From positions 1 through 49,161 of the forward strand of contig JAFVTM010000053.1 of NCBI GenBank assembly GCA_017503225.1: 49,161 bases of DNA, given 5' to 3'. Below are positions 8,314-17,381 of this stretch, piece after piece. Every line of letters begins with the position of its first letter. Within the stretch, counting starts at the first letter, position 1. The position numbers were made by a program, and so were the translations under genes. Origin of the DNA: Clostridia bacterium. GTDB taxonomy: Bacteria; Bacillota; Clostridia; Monoglobales; Monoglobaceae. Under the pieces are notes generated by a model. The model was not told the DNA's origin. It saw nothing but the letters and a program-made list of their open reading frames with translations, and made no database searches.

Positions 8314-9437
8314 TACGCTTCAACCTTGTAGTAATTCAGAACTTCTTCATCAAGCTCAATACCAAGACCGGGAGCTGTAGGAATGGTAACAACACCCTTG
8401 TCATCAATGGTGAAGTGGCGTTTTACCAAAGTTTTGCTCAGGACTGTTTCCTGATTTACATATTCAAGCCAGAGTGCATTTGGTGTGTTTGCAATGATAT
8501 GGAGTGATGCGCTCATGAGAATGCCTGTTTTGAATGCGTGAGGAATAAGGGTTATACCCTTTTTGTATGCCATATCAATAACCTTTTTAGCGATTGTAAT
8601 ACCACCGCAACGGCTGATGTCAGGCTGAATAATATCGATGTTGCAGTTGTTGATGAGTTCATCAAATTCGAAAAGTGTGCCGATTTCTTCGCCGGCTGAA
8701 ATTCTCATATCTGTGCTTTCGCAAAGTCTCTTATAGCTGTCAAGGTAGTCAGGCTTGAAAGGTTCTTCAACCCAATAAACGCCGTAGTCTTTGAATGCAT
8801 TACAAAGATTTATTGCGCCTTTCAAATCTTTCCATACCATGCCGATATCAATCATAAGCTCAGGCTTATCGCCCATTGCGCGTCTTGCAGCTTTTACGAG
8901 CTCGAGGTCTTTTTCAGGAGACTGACCGAGAGCACCCCAACCAAACTTGATACCCTTGTATCCCTGGGGCAAATATGTATCAGCAATGCGCTTGATTTCG
9001 TCCTCACTGTCAGGCATAAGAACGCTGCAGTAAGCCTGAATGCTGTCGCGGAATGAACCGCCGAGAAGTTTGTGAACAGGAAGACCAGTAGCCTTGCCCA
9101 TAATGTCCCAGATTGCCATATCAATACCACTCATAGCGTGGATTACCACACTGCGTCTTCCGTGATAGTAAGCAAGGTCATACATTTTGTGCCAGATTTT
9201 TTCAACATCAAAGGGGTCTTCACCGATAACTGCGTGCTTGAGACCCATGCAAACCATATGTGATGCAGGGGCTTCGATTACGCTTTTTACAACATAGGGT
9301 GATGAGTCAACTTCGCCTACCCCAACAATGCCTTCGTCGGTATAAACCTTGATAACAACAGTGTCCTGGCTGCCGTCGCCAATCAATTCTATTTCTTTTT
9401 GTTTTACGATAATTGCTTCAACGTTTGTAATTTTCAT
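8313..9437 (-). CDS. Enolase-superfamily enzyme (mandelate racemase / muconate lactonizing family; dehydratase or epimerase)
   Basis: Capping plus TIM-barrel layout with YKGIKFGWG, LMIDIGM, VYWVEEP, ISAGEE, IDIIQPD and LIPHAF in the order expected for MR-subgroup catalytic and metal residues. Its stop overlaps the next start (TAATG). Confidence 0.8.
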   Translation of the reverse strand: MKITNVEAIIVKQKEIELIGDGSQDTVVIKVYTDEGIVGVGEVDSSPYVVKSVIEAPASHMVCMGLKHAVIGEDPFDVEKIWHKMYDLAYYHGRRSVVIHAMSGIDMAIWDIMGKATGLPVHKLLGGSFRDSIQAYCSVLMPDSEDEIKRIADTYLPQGYKGIKFGWGALGQSPEKDLELVKAARRAMGDKPELMIDIGMVWKDLKGAINLCNAFKDYGVYWVEEPFKPDYLDSYKRLCESTDMRISAGEEIGTLFEFDELINNCNIDIIQPDISRCGGITIAKKVIDMAYKKGITLIPHAFKTGILMSASLHIIANTPNALWLEYVNQETVLSKTLVKRHFTIDDKGVVTIPTAPGLGIELDEEVLNYYKVEA

Positions 9438-9468
9438 TTTAAAGCCTCCACCAAATTAAAAATATACC

Positions 9469-9496
9469 TTGATTTTAGCATATTTTGTGGTATAAT
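9469..9496 (+). promoter_or_regulatory. Candidate promoter of the AraC-family gene
   Basis: TTGATT (9469-9474), 16-nt spacer, TGG-TATAAT (extended -10, 9488-9496). Confidence 0.5.
9472..9480 (-). promoter_or_regulatory. Extended -10 (TGcTAAAAT) candidate promoter for the catabolic operon
   Basis: The minus strand reads TGCTAAAAT about 30 nt upstream of the GGTGGAGG RBS. The -35 is weak. Confidence 0.4.
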
Positions 9497-9509
9497 AAAA
9501 GGGATATTT

Positions 9510-9540
9510 GTACGGAAACTGTAAAAACGTACGGAAATTG
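9510..9540. promoter_or_regulatory. Tandem direct repeat, candidate AraC-type operator
   Basis: GTACGGAAACTG (9510-9521) and GTACGGAAATTG (9529-9540) match at 11 of 12 positions, with starts 19 bp apart. They lie about 33-63 bp upstream of the candidate minus-strand -10. Confidence 0.4.
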
Positions 9541-9553
9541 AGGTAACAAAAAA

Positions 9554-10405
9554 ATGATTCTGGAGATAAATACCGATAGGCTTTCAAAGCTTATCAAGTC
9601 TTTTTATGAGCTTACAAAAATAAAAATAGTAGTTTATGATGATTCGTTCAGAGAAGTGCTTTGTTACCCCAAAACTGATTCGGCGTTTTGCTCTATGATG
9701 AAAAATGCTTCGGGCGCAAGTTCAATGTGTCATCAAAGTGTAGAAAAATGGTGTCAGACATGCAAGGAAAAGGATGCCCTTGTTCAATATACTTGTCATG
9801 CGGGGCTTACTGAGGTGGTTGCGCCTCTTAAAGAGGGCGGGCGCACCATTGGGTATATAATGTTCGGGCAGATTACTGATATAAAAGATAAACAGGAGTT
9901 CAGGGAAAAGGTTCTGGAGTGTTGCCGCGAATATCCATTGGATTTTGGTGTGATTGAAGAAAAAATCAAGTCGGTCAAATATAAAGGTAATGAACAGATA
10001 AAAGCGGTCTCTGATTTGCTGAATACTTTTGTTTCATATATTTACCTTGAAAGCATAGTGGTATTGAGAAAAGACGGAAAAACAAAGAAAGTTATTGAAT
10101 TTATTGACCAGCATCTCAGCGAGGATCTGTCCATAGATATGCTCTGCGAAAAAATGTTGGTTTCAAGAACAGTTCTTTATGAAATAACAAGACCTGTTAT
10201 GGCAGAGGGGATTGCGGCATACATAAGGAACAGGAGAATTGAAAGAGCGAAGGAACTGATTGCAAATACCGAAAAGTCAGTGGAAGAGATTGCGGGAATG
10301 GTTGGGTTTTTGGACAGCGATTATTTCAGGCGGGTATTCAAAAAAACCGTTGGCGTTTCTGCCAAAACATGGCGCAATAAAATGAAAACTGAGGAAAATA
10401 AATAG
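9554..10405 (+). CDS. AraC-family transcriptional regulator with N-terminal PocR-type sensor domain
   Basis: The N-terminal half has the Cys/His-rich PocR pattern (CSMM...CHQS...CQTC...YTCHAGLTEVVAPL...IGYIMFGQI). The C-terminal half has the AraC dual HTH (VEEIAGMVGFLDSDYFRRVFKKTVGVSAKTWR). Confidence 0.85.
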   Translation: MILEINTDRLSKLIKSFYELTKIKIVVYDDSFREVLCYPKTDSAFCSMMKNASGASSMCHQSVEKWCQTCKEKDALVQYTCHAGLTEVVAPLKEGGRTIGYIMFGQITDIKDKQEFREKVLECCREYPLDFGVIEEKIKSVKYKGNEQIKAVSDLLNTFVSYIYLESIVVLRKDGKTKKVIEFIDQHLSEDLSIDMLCEKMLVSRTVLYEITRPVMAEGIAAYIRNRRIERAKELIANTEKSVEEIAGMVGFLDSDYFRRVFKKTVGVSAKTWRNKMKTEENK

Positions 10406-10533
10406 AGAGTAGATATTTTTTGAAGATTTGTTAAAAATAATATAGATTTTTTGAAAAAGATATGATACAATGAAATGCGGAATGCAAAATTTGGCTTGCA
10501 TTTTCCTAATAATCAATTTGGAGCAGTGCGAAA

Positions 10534-10977
10534 ATGAAAAAGGTTGAAATTTTCACTGACGGTGCTTGCAGCGGGAATCCCGGCCCGGGAGGATATGGCG
10601 TGGTGCTTCGGTATAACGGCATTGAAAAGGAGCTTTCGGGCGGCGAGAAAATGACCACCAACAATCGTATGGAGCTTACTGCGGCTATAGTTGGACTCAG
10701 CGCTCTTAAAGAAAAGTGTGCTGTCACACTTTACAGCGATTCAAAGTATCTCATTGATGCAATAAATTGCGGCTGGGCTCTTAAGTGGCGTGAAAACGGC
10801 TGGATGCGCAACAAGCGTGATGAAGCGCAAAATCCTGATTTGTGGGAGAGGCTTCTTGAACTTCTTGATATGCATGAGGTGTGTTTAGTGTGGGTCAAAG
10901 GGCATGCGGGGCATCCTGAGAATGAACGTTGTGACCGTTTGGCAGTTATGGAGACTGAAAAACATCGCGAGAGCTAA
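10534..10977 (+). CDS. rnhA: Ribonuclease HI
   Basis: [61 protein letters not shown]. The DEDD catalytic contexts are present. Confidence 0.93.
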   Translation: MKKVEIFTDGACSGNPGPGGYGVVLRYNGIEKELSGGEKMTTNNRMELTAAIVGLSALKEKCAVTLYSDSKYLIDAINCGWALKWRENGWMRNKRDEAQNPDLWERLLELLDMHEVCLVWVKGHAGHPENERCDRLAVMETEKHRES

Positions 10978-11085
10978 TACAAATTGATTAAATTTACGGA
11001 GAGGTCTACTTTTCATAGATTTTTACGGACAAGGGTTTGTCCGTAGGTTTACTCCGCAGTTTTTAAAGGAAAGGTAGTTATCAAT

Positions 11086-12264
11086 ATGGAAACAAAACGA
11101 ATTTATGTTGACCACGCAGCCACCACCCCTATGAGGCGTGAAGTGCTTGATGCCATGATTCCTTATTTTACGGAAAACTTTGGCAATGCATCAACTGTTT
11201 ATCAGGAGGGTAGAACGGCTAAAAAAGCGGTTAGCGAGGCAAGAGACGCGGTTGCAAAGGCAATCGGGGCAAATACCGACGAAATATTTTTTACCGGCTC
11301 AGGTACGGAAGCAGACAACTGGGCAATCAGAGGTGTTGCCTATGCAAATAAGGCAAAGGGCAACCATATAATCACATCGGCTGTTGAACATCATGCGGTG
11401 CTTCACACCTGTCAGGCTCTTGAAAAAGAGGGCTTCAGAGTTACTTATCTCCCGGTGGATGAATTTGGTATGATTTCACCTGAGGATGTTAAAAACGCTA
11501 TTTGTGATGAAACAATTCTTGTTACCATTATGACGGCAAACAACGAAATTGGAACAATTATGCCAATCGAAGAAATAGGAAAGATAACTCGCGAAAAAGG
11601 TGTTGTTTTCCATACCGATGCTGTTCAGGCAATGGGAATGATGGAAATTGATGTGGAAAAGATGGGCGTTGACCTTTTGTCAATGACGGGGCACAAGTTT
11701 TATGGACCGAAAGGCAGTGGCGCTCTTTATATAAGAAAGGGAGTAAAGGTTAAGCCCTTTATTACAGGTGGTGCTCAGGAGAAAAACAAGCGTGCGGGGA
11801 CAGAAAATGTAGCATCTATCGTGGGACTTGCAAAGGCTATTTCTCTGGCAACAGCTGAAAGATGCGAAAAAGTGCCTGCGCTTGAAAAAATGAGGGATAA
11901 ATTTATTGACAGAGTTCTTGAAGAAATCCCTTATACAAGACTCAACGGCCACAGAACAAAGAGACTTGCGGGAAATGCGAATATCTCATTTGAATTCATT
12001 GAGGGTGAATCGCTTCTTTTGATGCTTGATATGCAGGGAATTTCGGCATCCAGCGGAAGTGCCTGCACATCAGGGTCGCTTGACCCATCACACGTGCTTT
12101 TGGCTATCGGGCTTAAACACGAGGTGGCTCATGGCTCGCTCAGAGTGTCTTTTGGTGAGAGCAACACTATGGATGATGTAGACAGAATTGTTGATAGCCT
12201 TAAAAACATTGTTTCAAGGCTTCGTGAAATGTCGCCACTTTATGAGGCGGTTAAGAATAAATAG
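11086..12264 (+). CDS. nifS: Cysteine desulfurase (NifS/IscS type)
   Basis: [10 protein letters not shown], the PLP-Lys context [12 protein letters not shown], and the active-site loop [17 protein letters not shown]. Confidence 0.93.
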   Translation: METKRIYVDHAATTPMRREVLDAMIPYFTENFGNASTVYQEGRTAKKAVSEARDAVAKAIGANTDEIFFTGSGTEADNWAIRGVAYANKAKGNHIITSAVEHHAVLHTCQALEKEGFRVTYLPVDEFGMISPEDVKNAICDETILVTIMTANNEIGTIMPIEEIGKITREKGVVFHTDAVQAMGMMEIDVEKMGVDLLSMTGHKFYGPKGSGALYIRKGVKVKPFITGGAQEKNKRAGTENVASIVGLAKAISLATAERCEKVPALEKMRDKFIDRVLEEIPYTRLNGHRTKRLAGNANISFEFIEGESLLLMLDMQGISASSGSACTSGSLDPSHVLLAIGLKHEVAHGSLRVSFGESNTMDDVDRIVDSLKNIVSRLREMSPLYEAVKNK

Positions 12265-12288
12265 ATTTTACTGAAAGAAGGATAAAAA

Positions 12289-12738
12289 ATGTATAGTGAA
12301 AAAGTTATGGATCATTTCTCAAATCCGAGAAATGTGGGAGAAATTGAAGATGCAAACGCAGTTGGTCAGGTAGGAAACCCCAAGTGCGGTGATATCATGA
12401 AGATTTATATGAAAATCAATGATGATACAAAGGAAATTGAGGACGTTAAGTTCAAGACTTTTGGTTGTGGTGCGGCTGTTGCTACGTCAAGTATGGCGAC
12501 AGAAATGGTGAAAGGAAAGACCATTGATGAGGCACTGGCGATTACCAATGTTGCTGTTGCTGAAGCACTTGACGGACTTCCACCTGTGAAAATGCACTGC
12601 TCAAATTTGGCTCAGGAAGCAATTCATTCGGCGATTGCGGATTATTATAACCGCAAGGGCATTGACCCGACACATATTGTTGGTTGCAATGGTGACTGTG
12701 CTTGCTGTCACCATGGACACAGTGAAGAGGAAGAATAA
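12289..12738 (+). CDS. nifU: Fe-S cluster scaffold protein (NifU N-domain / IscU-like) with a Cys/His-rich tail
   Basis: HFSNPRNVGEI, NPKCGDIMKIY, FKTFGCGAAVA, KMHCSNLA are the three scaffold Cys contexts. The C-terminal tail is VGCNGDCACCHHGHSEEEE. Confidence 0.9.
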   Translation: MYSEKVMDHFSNPRNVGEIEDANAVGQVGNPKCGDIMKIYMKINDDTKEIEDVKFKTFGCGAAVATSSMATEMVKGKTIDEALAITNVAVAEALDGLPPVKMHCSNLAQEAIHSAIADYYNRKGIDPTHIVGCNGDCACCHHGHSEEEE

Positions 12739-12753
12739 AATCTGAAAGGATGA

Positions 12754-12779
12754 AAAGGCTGGCGAATGTCAGCCTTTTT
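12754..12779 (+). terminator. Short hairpin plus T5 between nifU and mnmA (attenuator or weak terminator)
   Basis: AAAGGCTG / 8-nt loop / CAGCCTTT, then TT (five consecutive Ts in total). The loop contains the ATG at 12766. Confidence 0.4.
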
Positions 12780-13887
12780 AAAAAATATTATGGCTGGGAA
12801 AAAGGTTGTTATAGGAATGTCAGGTGGCGTTGATTCCAGCGTTGCCGCGGCACTTCTTAAGGATAAAGGATATGATGTTGTGGGACTTACCATGCGTTTG
12901 TGGGACGGCGAAATGCGTGATGGGTGCCTCAGTGAGGGGACTTGCTGTTCCCTTTCTGCAGTGGAGGATGCAAGGTATGTTTGCTATAAGCTTGGAATTG
13001 AGCATCATGTTATGGATTTTCGTGCTGATTTCGAGAAATATGTAATTGACTATTTTGTGGATGAGTATAAAAACGGAAGAACGCCAAATCCGTGTATCGC
13101 CTGCAACAAGTTTTTGAAATTTGATGCTATGCTGAAAAAGGCGGAGCTGCTGGGTGCGGACTATGTAGCAACCGGGCATTATGCAAAAATAGAATTTGAC
13201 GAAAAGTCTGGACGGTATCTGCTTAAATGCGCTGAGGCTCTGGGGAAAGACCAGACCTATGCCCTTTATTCGTTGACACAGGAGCAGCTTTCGAAGACTT
13301 TGATGCCCCTTGGGGAGCTTGGTGGAAAGGAAGAAACTCGAAAAATTGCTGAAGAGAGGGACCTTGTAACTGCCAAAAAGCCTGACAGCATGGAAATTTG
13401 TTTTGTTCCTGACAATGACTATGCGGGATTTATAGAAAGGCGTACCGGGGAAGAGACTATCCCCGGAGATTTTGTGGATGAAAACGGGAATGTGTTGGGA
13501 AAGCACAAAGGGATAATTCACTATACAGTTGGGCAGCGAAAAGGTCTTGGGGTTACCTTTGGAAAGCCTATGTTTGTGTTAAAGATTGATGTAGAAAAAA
13601 ATCAGGTGGTTTTGGGTGAAAAAGGGACGGAATTTTCATCAGAATTGATGGCGGAAAAGCTTAATTTCATTCCTTTTGATTGTTTAGATGAGCCCATTCG
13701 GGTGATTGCTAAGGTCAGGTACAGCGCAAAACCGGCACTTGCTACAGTTATACCTGTTGAAGAAAATAAAGCAAGAGTTATATTTGATGAGCCGCAAAGG
13801 GCAATAACGCCCGGACAAGCAGTGGTTTTTTATGAAACCCAAGGAGACCATGTGGTCGGCGGAGGAATTATAACAGGAGAAAAATAA
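12766..13887 (+). CDS. mnmA: tRNA 2-thiouridine(34) synthase
   Basis: PP-loop VVIGMSGGVDSSVAA, NPCIACNKFLKF, TGHYA, KDQTYAL. The start is ambiguous between ATG 12766 and ATG 12790. Confidence 0.92.
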   Translation: MSAFLKNIMAGKKVVIGMSGGVDSSVAAALLKDKGYDVVGLTMRLWDGEMRDGCLSEGTCCSLSAVEDARYVCYKLGIEHHVMDFRADFEKYVIDYFVDEYKNGRTPNPCIACNKFLKFDAMLKKAELLGADYVATGHYAKIEFDEKSGRYLLKCAEALGKDQTYALYSLTQEQLSKTLMPLGELGGKEETRKIAEERDLVTAKKPDSMEICFVPDNDYAGFIERRTGEETIPGDFVDENGNVLGKHKGIIHYTVGQRKGLGVTFGKPMFVLKIDVEKNQVVLGEKGTEFSSELMAEKLNFIPFDCLDEPIRVIAKVRYSAKPALATVIPVEENKARVIFDEPQRAITPGQAVVFYETQGDHVVGGGIITGEK

Positions 13888-16253
13888 TGAATTTTTTTGA
13901 TATACGTAAAAAAATAATTGAAAATGAATACAAGCATTTAAACGGAAAACAGCTTGAGGCAGTGGTGAACACCGAGGGGCCACTTTTGGTTATTGCGGGT
14001 GCAGGCTCGGGAAAAACTACTGTTATTATACATAAAATTGCGCATCTTCTCACCTTTGGCAGGGCATATTTTGATGCACAAATGCCAAAGGGTATAACTG
14101 ATGAAGAGATTGAACTCCTTGACTGGTTCGGAAAAGGAGAGATTGAGGAAATTCCACCACAACTCACTGAATATTTGTCGGTTGACCCGGTGAGACCATA
14201 CAATGTCCTTGCCATAACCTTTACCAACAAGGCGGCGGCAGAACTCAAGGCGAGACTTTCAGCAAAGCTTGGAGATGCGGGGAATGATGTGTGGGCGTCC
14301 ACTTTCCATTCGTCCTGTGTGAAATTTTTGAGACGGGATATTGACAAAATCGGGTATGACAAAAGCTTTGTGATTTTTGATACCTCTGACCAACAGACTG
14401 TCATCAAAGAGTGCCTTAAGGACTTGAGCCTTGATTCAAAGGAATTTTCGCCAAAGGCGATAGCCGGTGCCATAAGTCAGGCAAAGAATGAACTTATTTA
14501 TCCTGATGATTATGAACGGATTTTCAAGACGGACTTTTTCAAGTCCGTGGTGGCAAAGGTTTATCACCTTTATCAAAAGAAACTAAAAAGTAATAATGCC
14601 CTTGATTTTGATGATCTTATTATGTGCACAGTGAAGCTTTTTGAAGAAAATCCTGATGTACTTGATTTTTATCAGAATAAATTTAAATATATACTTGTTG
14701 ATGAGTATCAGGACACGAACCACGCTCAGTACCGCTTGGTGAGTCTTTTGGCGGCAAAACACAAAAATATTTGTGTGGTTGGTGATGATGACCAGAGTAT
14801 TTACAAGTTCCGCGGTGCAGATATCTCAAACATACTGGGTTTTGAGGACGAGTTTGAAAACGCAAAGGTAATAAAGCTTGAAGAAAATTATCGCAGTACC
14901 CAGAATATTTTGAGTGCGGCGAATGAAGTTATTGCCAACAACCACGGAAGAAAACAGAAAAAGCTCTGGACCCAGAATGGTGAGGGCGAGCTTGTCACGA
15001 TTTATAATGCGGGCAATGAGTTTGATGAGGCAAGATTTATTGCTGAAAAAATAAGAGAGGGATATGAGGAGGGACAGAGCTTTAATGATTTTGCCATACT
15101 TTATCGTATGAATGCCCAGTCGCGAGTGGTGGAAGATACACTTCTTCGCAGTGCTGTTCCGTATAGAGTTTTTGGAGGGCTCAGGTTCTATGACCGAAAG
15201 GAAATCAAGGACCTTACGTCTTATCTCAGACTTATTCAGAATGAAAGCGACAATGTGGCTTTTTCAAGAATTGTCAATGAACCAAAACGTGGAATTGGTG
15301 ATACTACTGTTCAGAAGGTTTTGGCACTTTCTTTTGAAAACGGAATTTCTGCACTTGAAGTTTCGAGAAATTCAGGAGAATATAGCGAGCTTTCACGTGC
15401 GGCTGCAAAACTTTCGGAGTTTGCTTCGCTCGTGGATGATTTGAGGAAAAAGCTTGAAACAGATATAGGACTTGAGGCGTTTGTGGAGTCAGTTATGACA
15501 GAGAGCGGAATGGTTTCGGCTCTCGAAAAAGAAGACACTGTTGAAAGCCGTACACGAATTGAAAACCTTAAGGAATTTTTGTCAATGGTTCAGCAGACAG
15601 TAAAGGAAAACCCGGAAACTGCGCTTTTTGATTTGCTTGAAAATATTTCCCTTGTGGCTGATGTGGACAATTATGATGAGGCACAGGAAACGGTTACCCT
15701 TATGACCCTCCACAGCGCAAAGGGACTTGAATTTAAAAATGTATTTCTTGTTGGCATGGAAGAGGGTATATTCCCTGGCGTTCGTTCAATGGGAATGGAC
15801 GAAGAAATGGAAGAAGAGCGCAGGCTTTGTTATGTGGGAATAACCCGTGCAAAGGAAAGGCTTTATCTCACTTATACTGACACAAGGACGCTGTTTGGAA
15901 CAACAAAGTTCAACATTATGTCAAGGTTTTTAAAGGAAATACCCAAGGTACTGAAAAATGAGGAATCATCAAAGAAAGTGCAGTATGACGGCTTTGATTA
16001 TGTGAGGACAGAAACGCCGAAAATGGATACTTCTGTGTTCAAGTCGTCGGCTTATCAAAAACCAAAGACGGAAAAATCTCAGGCAGCTCTTGATTTTGCC
16101 ATTGGTGACAGGGTTAATCATCGCAAGTTTGGTGAGGGAACTGTAATGGAAGCAAAGGCGATTGGTGCGGATATGTTCCTTCGGGTGAAATTTGATACTG
16201 TCGGTGAAAAGAATCTTATGGCGGCTTATGTTCAGCTGGAAAAAGTCGATTGA
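13887..16253 (+). CDS. pcrA: ATP-dependent DNA helicase PcrA (UvrD family, SF1)
   Basis: LLVIAGAGSGKTTV (Walker A), ITFTNKAAAEL, ILVDEYQDTN, VGDDDQSIYKFRGA, LEENYRST, TLHSAKGLEF, ERRLCYVGITRA. A C-terminal Tudor-like segment is also present. Confidence 0.93.
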   Translation: MNFFDIRKKIIENEYKHLNGKQLEAVVNTEGPLLVIAGAGSGKTTVIIHKIAHLLTFGRAYFDAQMPKGITDEEIELLDWFGKGEIEEIPPQLTEYLSVDPVRPYNVLAITFTNKAAAELKARLSAKLGDAGNDVWASTFHSSCVKFLRRDIDKIGYDKSFVIFDTSDQQTVIKECLKDLSLDSKEFSPKAIAGAISQAKNELIYPDDYERIFKTDFFKSVVAKVYHLYQKKLKSNNALDFDDLIMCTVKLFEENPDVLDFYQNKFKYILVDEYQDTNHAQYRLVSLLAAKHKNICVVGDDDQSIYKFRGADISNILGFEDEFENAKVIKLEENYRSTQNILSAANEVIANNHGRKQKKLWTQNGEGELVTIYNAGNEFDEARFIAEKIREGYEEGQSFNDFAILYRMNAQSRVVEDTLLRSAVPYRVFGGLRFYDRKEIKDLTSYLRLIQNESDNVAFSRIVNEPKRGIGDTTVQKVLALSFENGISALEVSRNSGEYSELSRAAAKLSEFASLVDDLRKKLETDIGLEAFVESVMTESGMVSALEKEDTVESRTRIENLKEFLSMVQQTVKENPETALFDLLENISLVADVDNYDEAQETVTLMTLHSAKGLEFKNVFLVGMEEGIFPGVRSMGMDEEMEEERRLCYVGITRAKERLYLTYTDTRTLFGTTKFNIMSRFLKEIPKVLKNEESSKKVQYDGFDYVRTETPKMDTSVFKSSAYQKPKTEKSQAALDFAIGDRVNHRKFGEGTVMEAKAIGADMFLRVKFDTVGEKNLMAAYVQLEKVD

Positions 16254-16270
16254 TAAAGGTGTTGAGAATT

Positions 16271-17008
16271 ATGTATAACGATTTTGCAGAGGTTTATGAC
16301 AAGCTTCAGGATGCGGATTATGAGGCTTTTTGCAATTATTATGAAGAGATTTTTAAGAGGCTCGGGATAAAGCCAGAGCTTGTCCTTGACATTGCCTGCG
16401 GCACAGGAAACATAACTATTCCTATGGCAAAACGCGGCTATGATATGATAGGGCTTGACCTTTCCTGCGAAATGCTGAATATAGCAAGGGAAAAAGCACA
16501 GAATGAGGGGCTTGATATACTGTTTCTCAATCAGGATATGTGCGAGATGGAGCTTTATGGCACGGTGGATGCTGCTGTTTGTGCTCTTGACGGAGTGAAT
16601 TACATAACTGACAAAGAGGATTTGGAGAGATTTTTTGCTCTTGTGAATAATTATTTGAATCCAGGCGGCGTTTTCATTTTTGATATAAATAGCGTTCATA
16701 AACTCAGGGATATTTTGGGCGGAAACACCTTCGTGAATGAGGAAGATGGAATCTTTTATGTGTGGCAAAGCGAGTTCAGTGAAGAAACACAGGTGTGTGA
16801 CTTTGACCTATCATTCTTTGTAGAAAATGATGATGGAAGCTATATACGTTTTGATGAATTTCAGCAGGAAAGGGCATATGGGGTAGAGGAAATCAAGGAA
16901 ATTGCAACCGCTAAAGGTCTTGATGTGACGGGGGTTTACAAGGATTTTGGTTTTTCGACGGCAGACGACCAAACAGAGCGGATTTTTTTCGTTCTTTCTA
17001 AAAAATAG
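16271..17008 (+). CDS. Class I SAM-dependent methyltransferase
   Basis: Motif I is VLDIACGTGNITIPMAKRG, followed by GLDLSCEML. Start taken at ATG 16271 (MYNDFAEVYD). Confidence 0.8.
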   Translation: MYNDFAEVYDKLQDADYEAFCNYYEEIFKRLGIKPELVLDIACGTGNITIPMAKRGYDMIGLDLSCEMLNIAREKAQNEGLDILFLNQDMCEMELYGTVDAAVCALDGVNYITDKEDLERFFALVNNYLNPGGVFIFDINSVHKLRDILGGNTFVNEEDGIFYVWQSEFSEETQVCDFDLSFFVENDDGSYIRFDEFQQERAYGVEEIKEIATAKGLDVTGVYKDFGFSTADDQTERIFFVLSKK

Positions 17009-17009
17009 G

Positions 17010-17038
17010 TTGACAGAAAATGGAAATCGTGATATACT
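17010..17038 (+). promoter_or_regulatory. Promoter of the cold-shock protein gene
   Basis: TTGACA (17010-17015), 17-nt spacer, TG-a-TATACT (extended -10, 17030-17038). Confidence 0.7.
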
Positions 17039-17087
17039 AAGACCCGTGGACAACAAGAGTTGACCTAAGAATTGGAGGAACAGTTTT

Positions 17088-17288
17088 ATGCAAAAAGGCA
17101 AGGTTAAATGGTTCAATGCTGAGAAAGGTTTTGGTTTTATCGAGACCGAGGAAGGAACAGACGTTTTTGTTCATTTTTCAGCGATTGCCATGGACGGCTA
17201 CAAGACCCTGGAAGAGGGCGCAGAAGTTGAATTTGAGGTTGTCGAAGGAGCTAAGGGACCGCAGGCGGCAAACGTTACCCGCGTATAA
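17088..17288 (+). CDS. Cold-shock protein (CspA family)
   Basis: [19 protein letters not shown]...DVFVHFSAI carries the RNP1 and RNP2 motifs. 66 aa. Confidence 0.95.
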   Translation: MQKGKVKWFNAEKGFGFIETEEGTDVFVHFSAIAMDGYKTLEEGAEVEFEVVEGAKGPQAANVTRV

Positions 17289-17322
17289 TCCTTTTCAATA
17301 TACGATAAACACAAACAGACTT

Positions 17323-17352
17323 AAAATCGGCTCACTTGTGAGCCGATTTTTT
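17323..17352 (+). terminator. Intrinsic terminator after csp
   Basis: AAAATCGGCTCA / CTTG loop / TGAGCCGATTTTTT. Confidence 0.85.
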
Positions 17353-17381
17353 CTAAGAAGAAAAAGAAAGGTTTTGATAAA

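Noticed and set aside
11034-11055. Perfect 9-bp palindrome TACGGACAA-GGGT-TTGTCCGTA upstream of nifS, as an Rrf2/IscR-type operator or the rnhA terminator
   Set aside because: No T-run follows it, so it is a poor terminator. No Rrf2 regulator gene is nearby, and known IscR or CymR sites are more AT-rich. I leave it as an unassigned hairpin.
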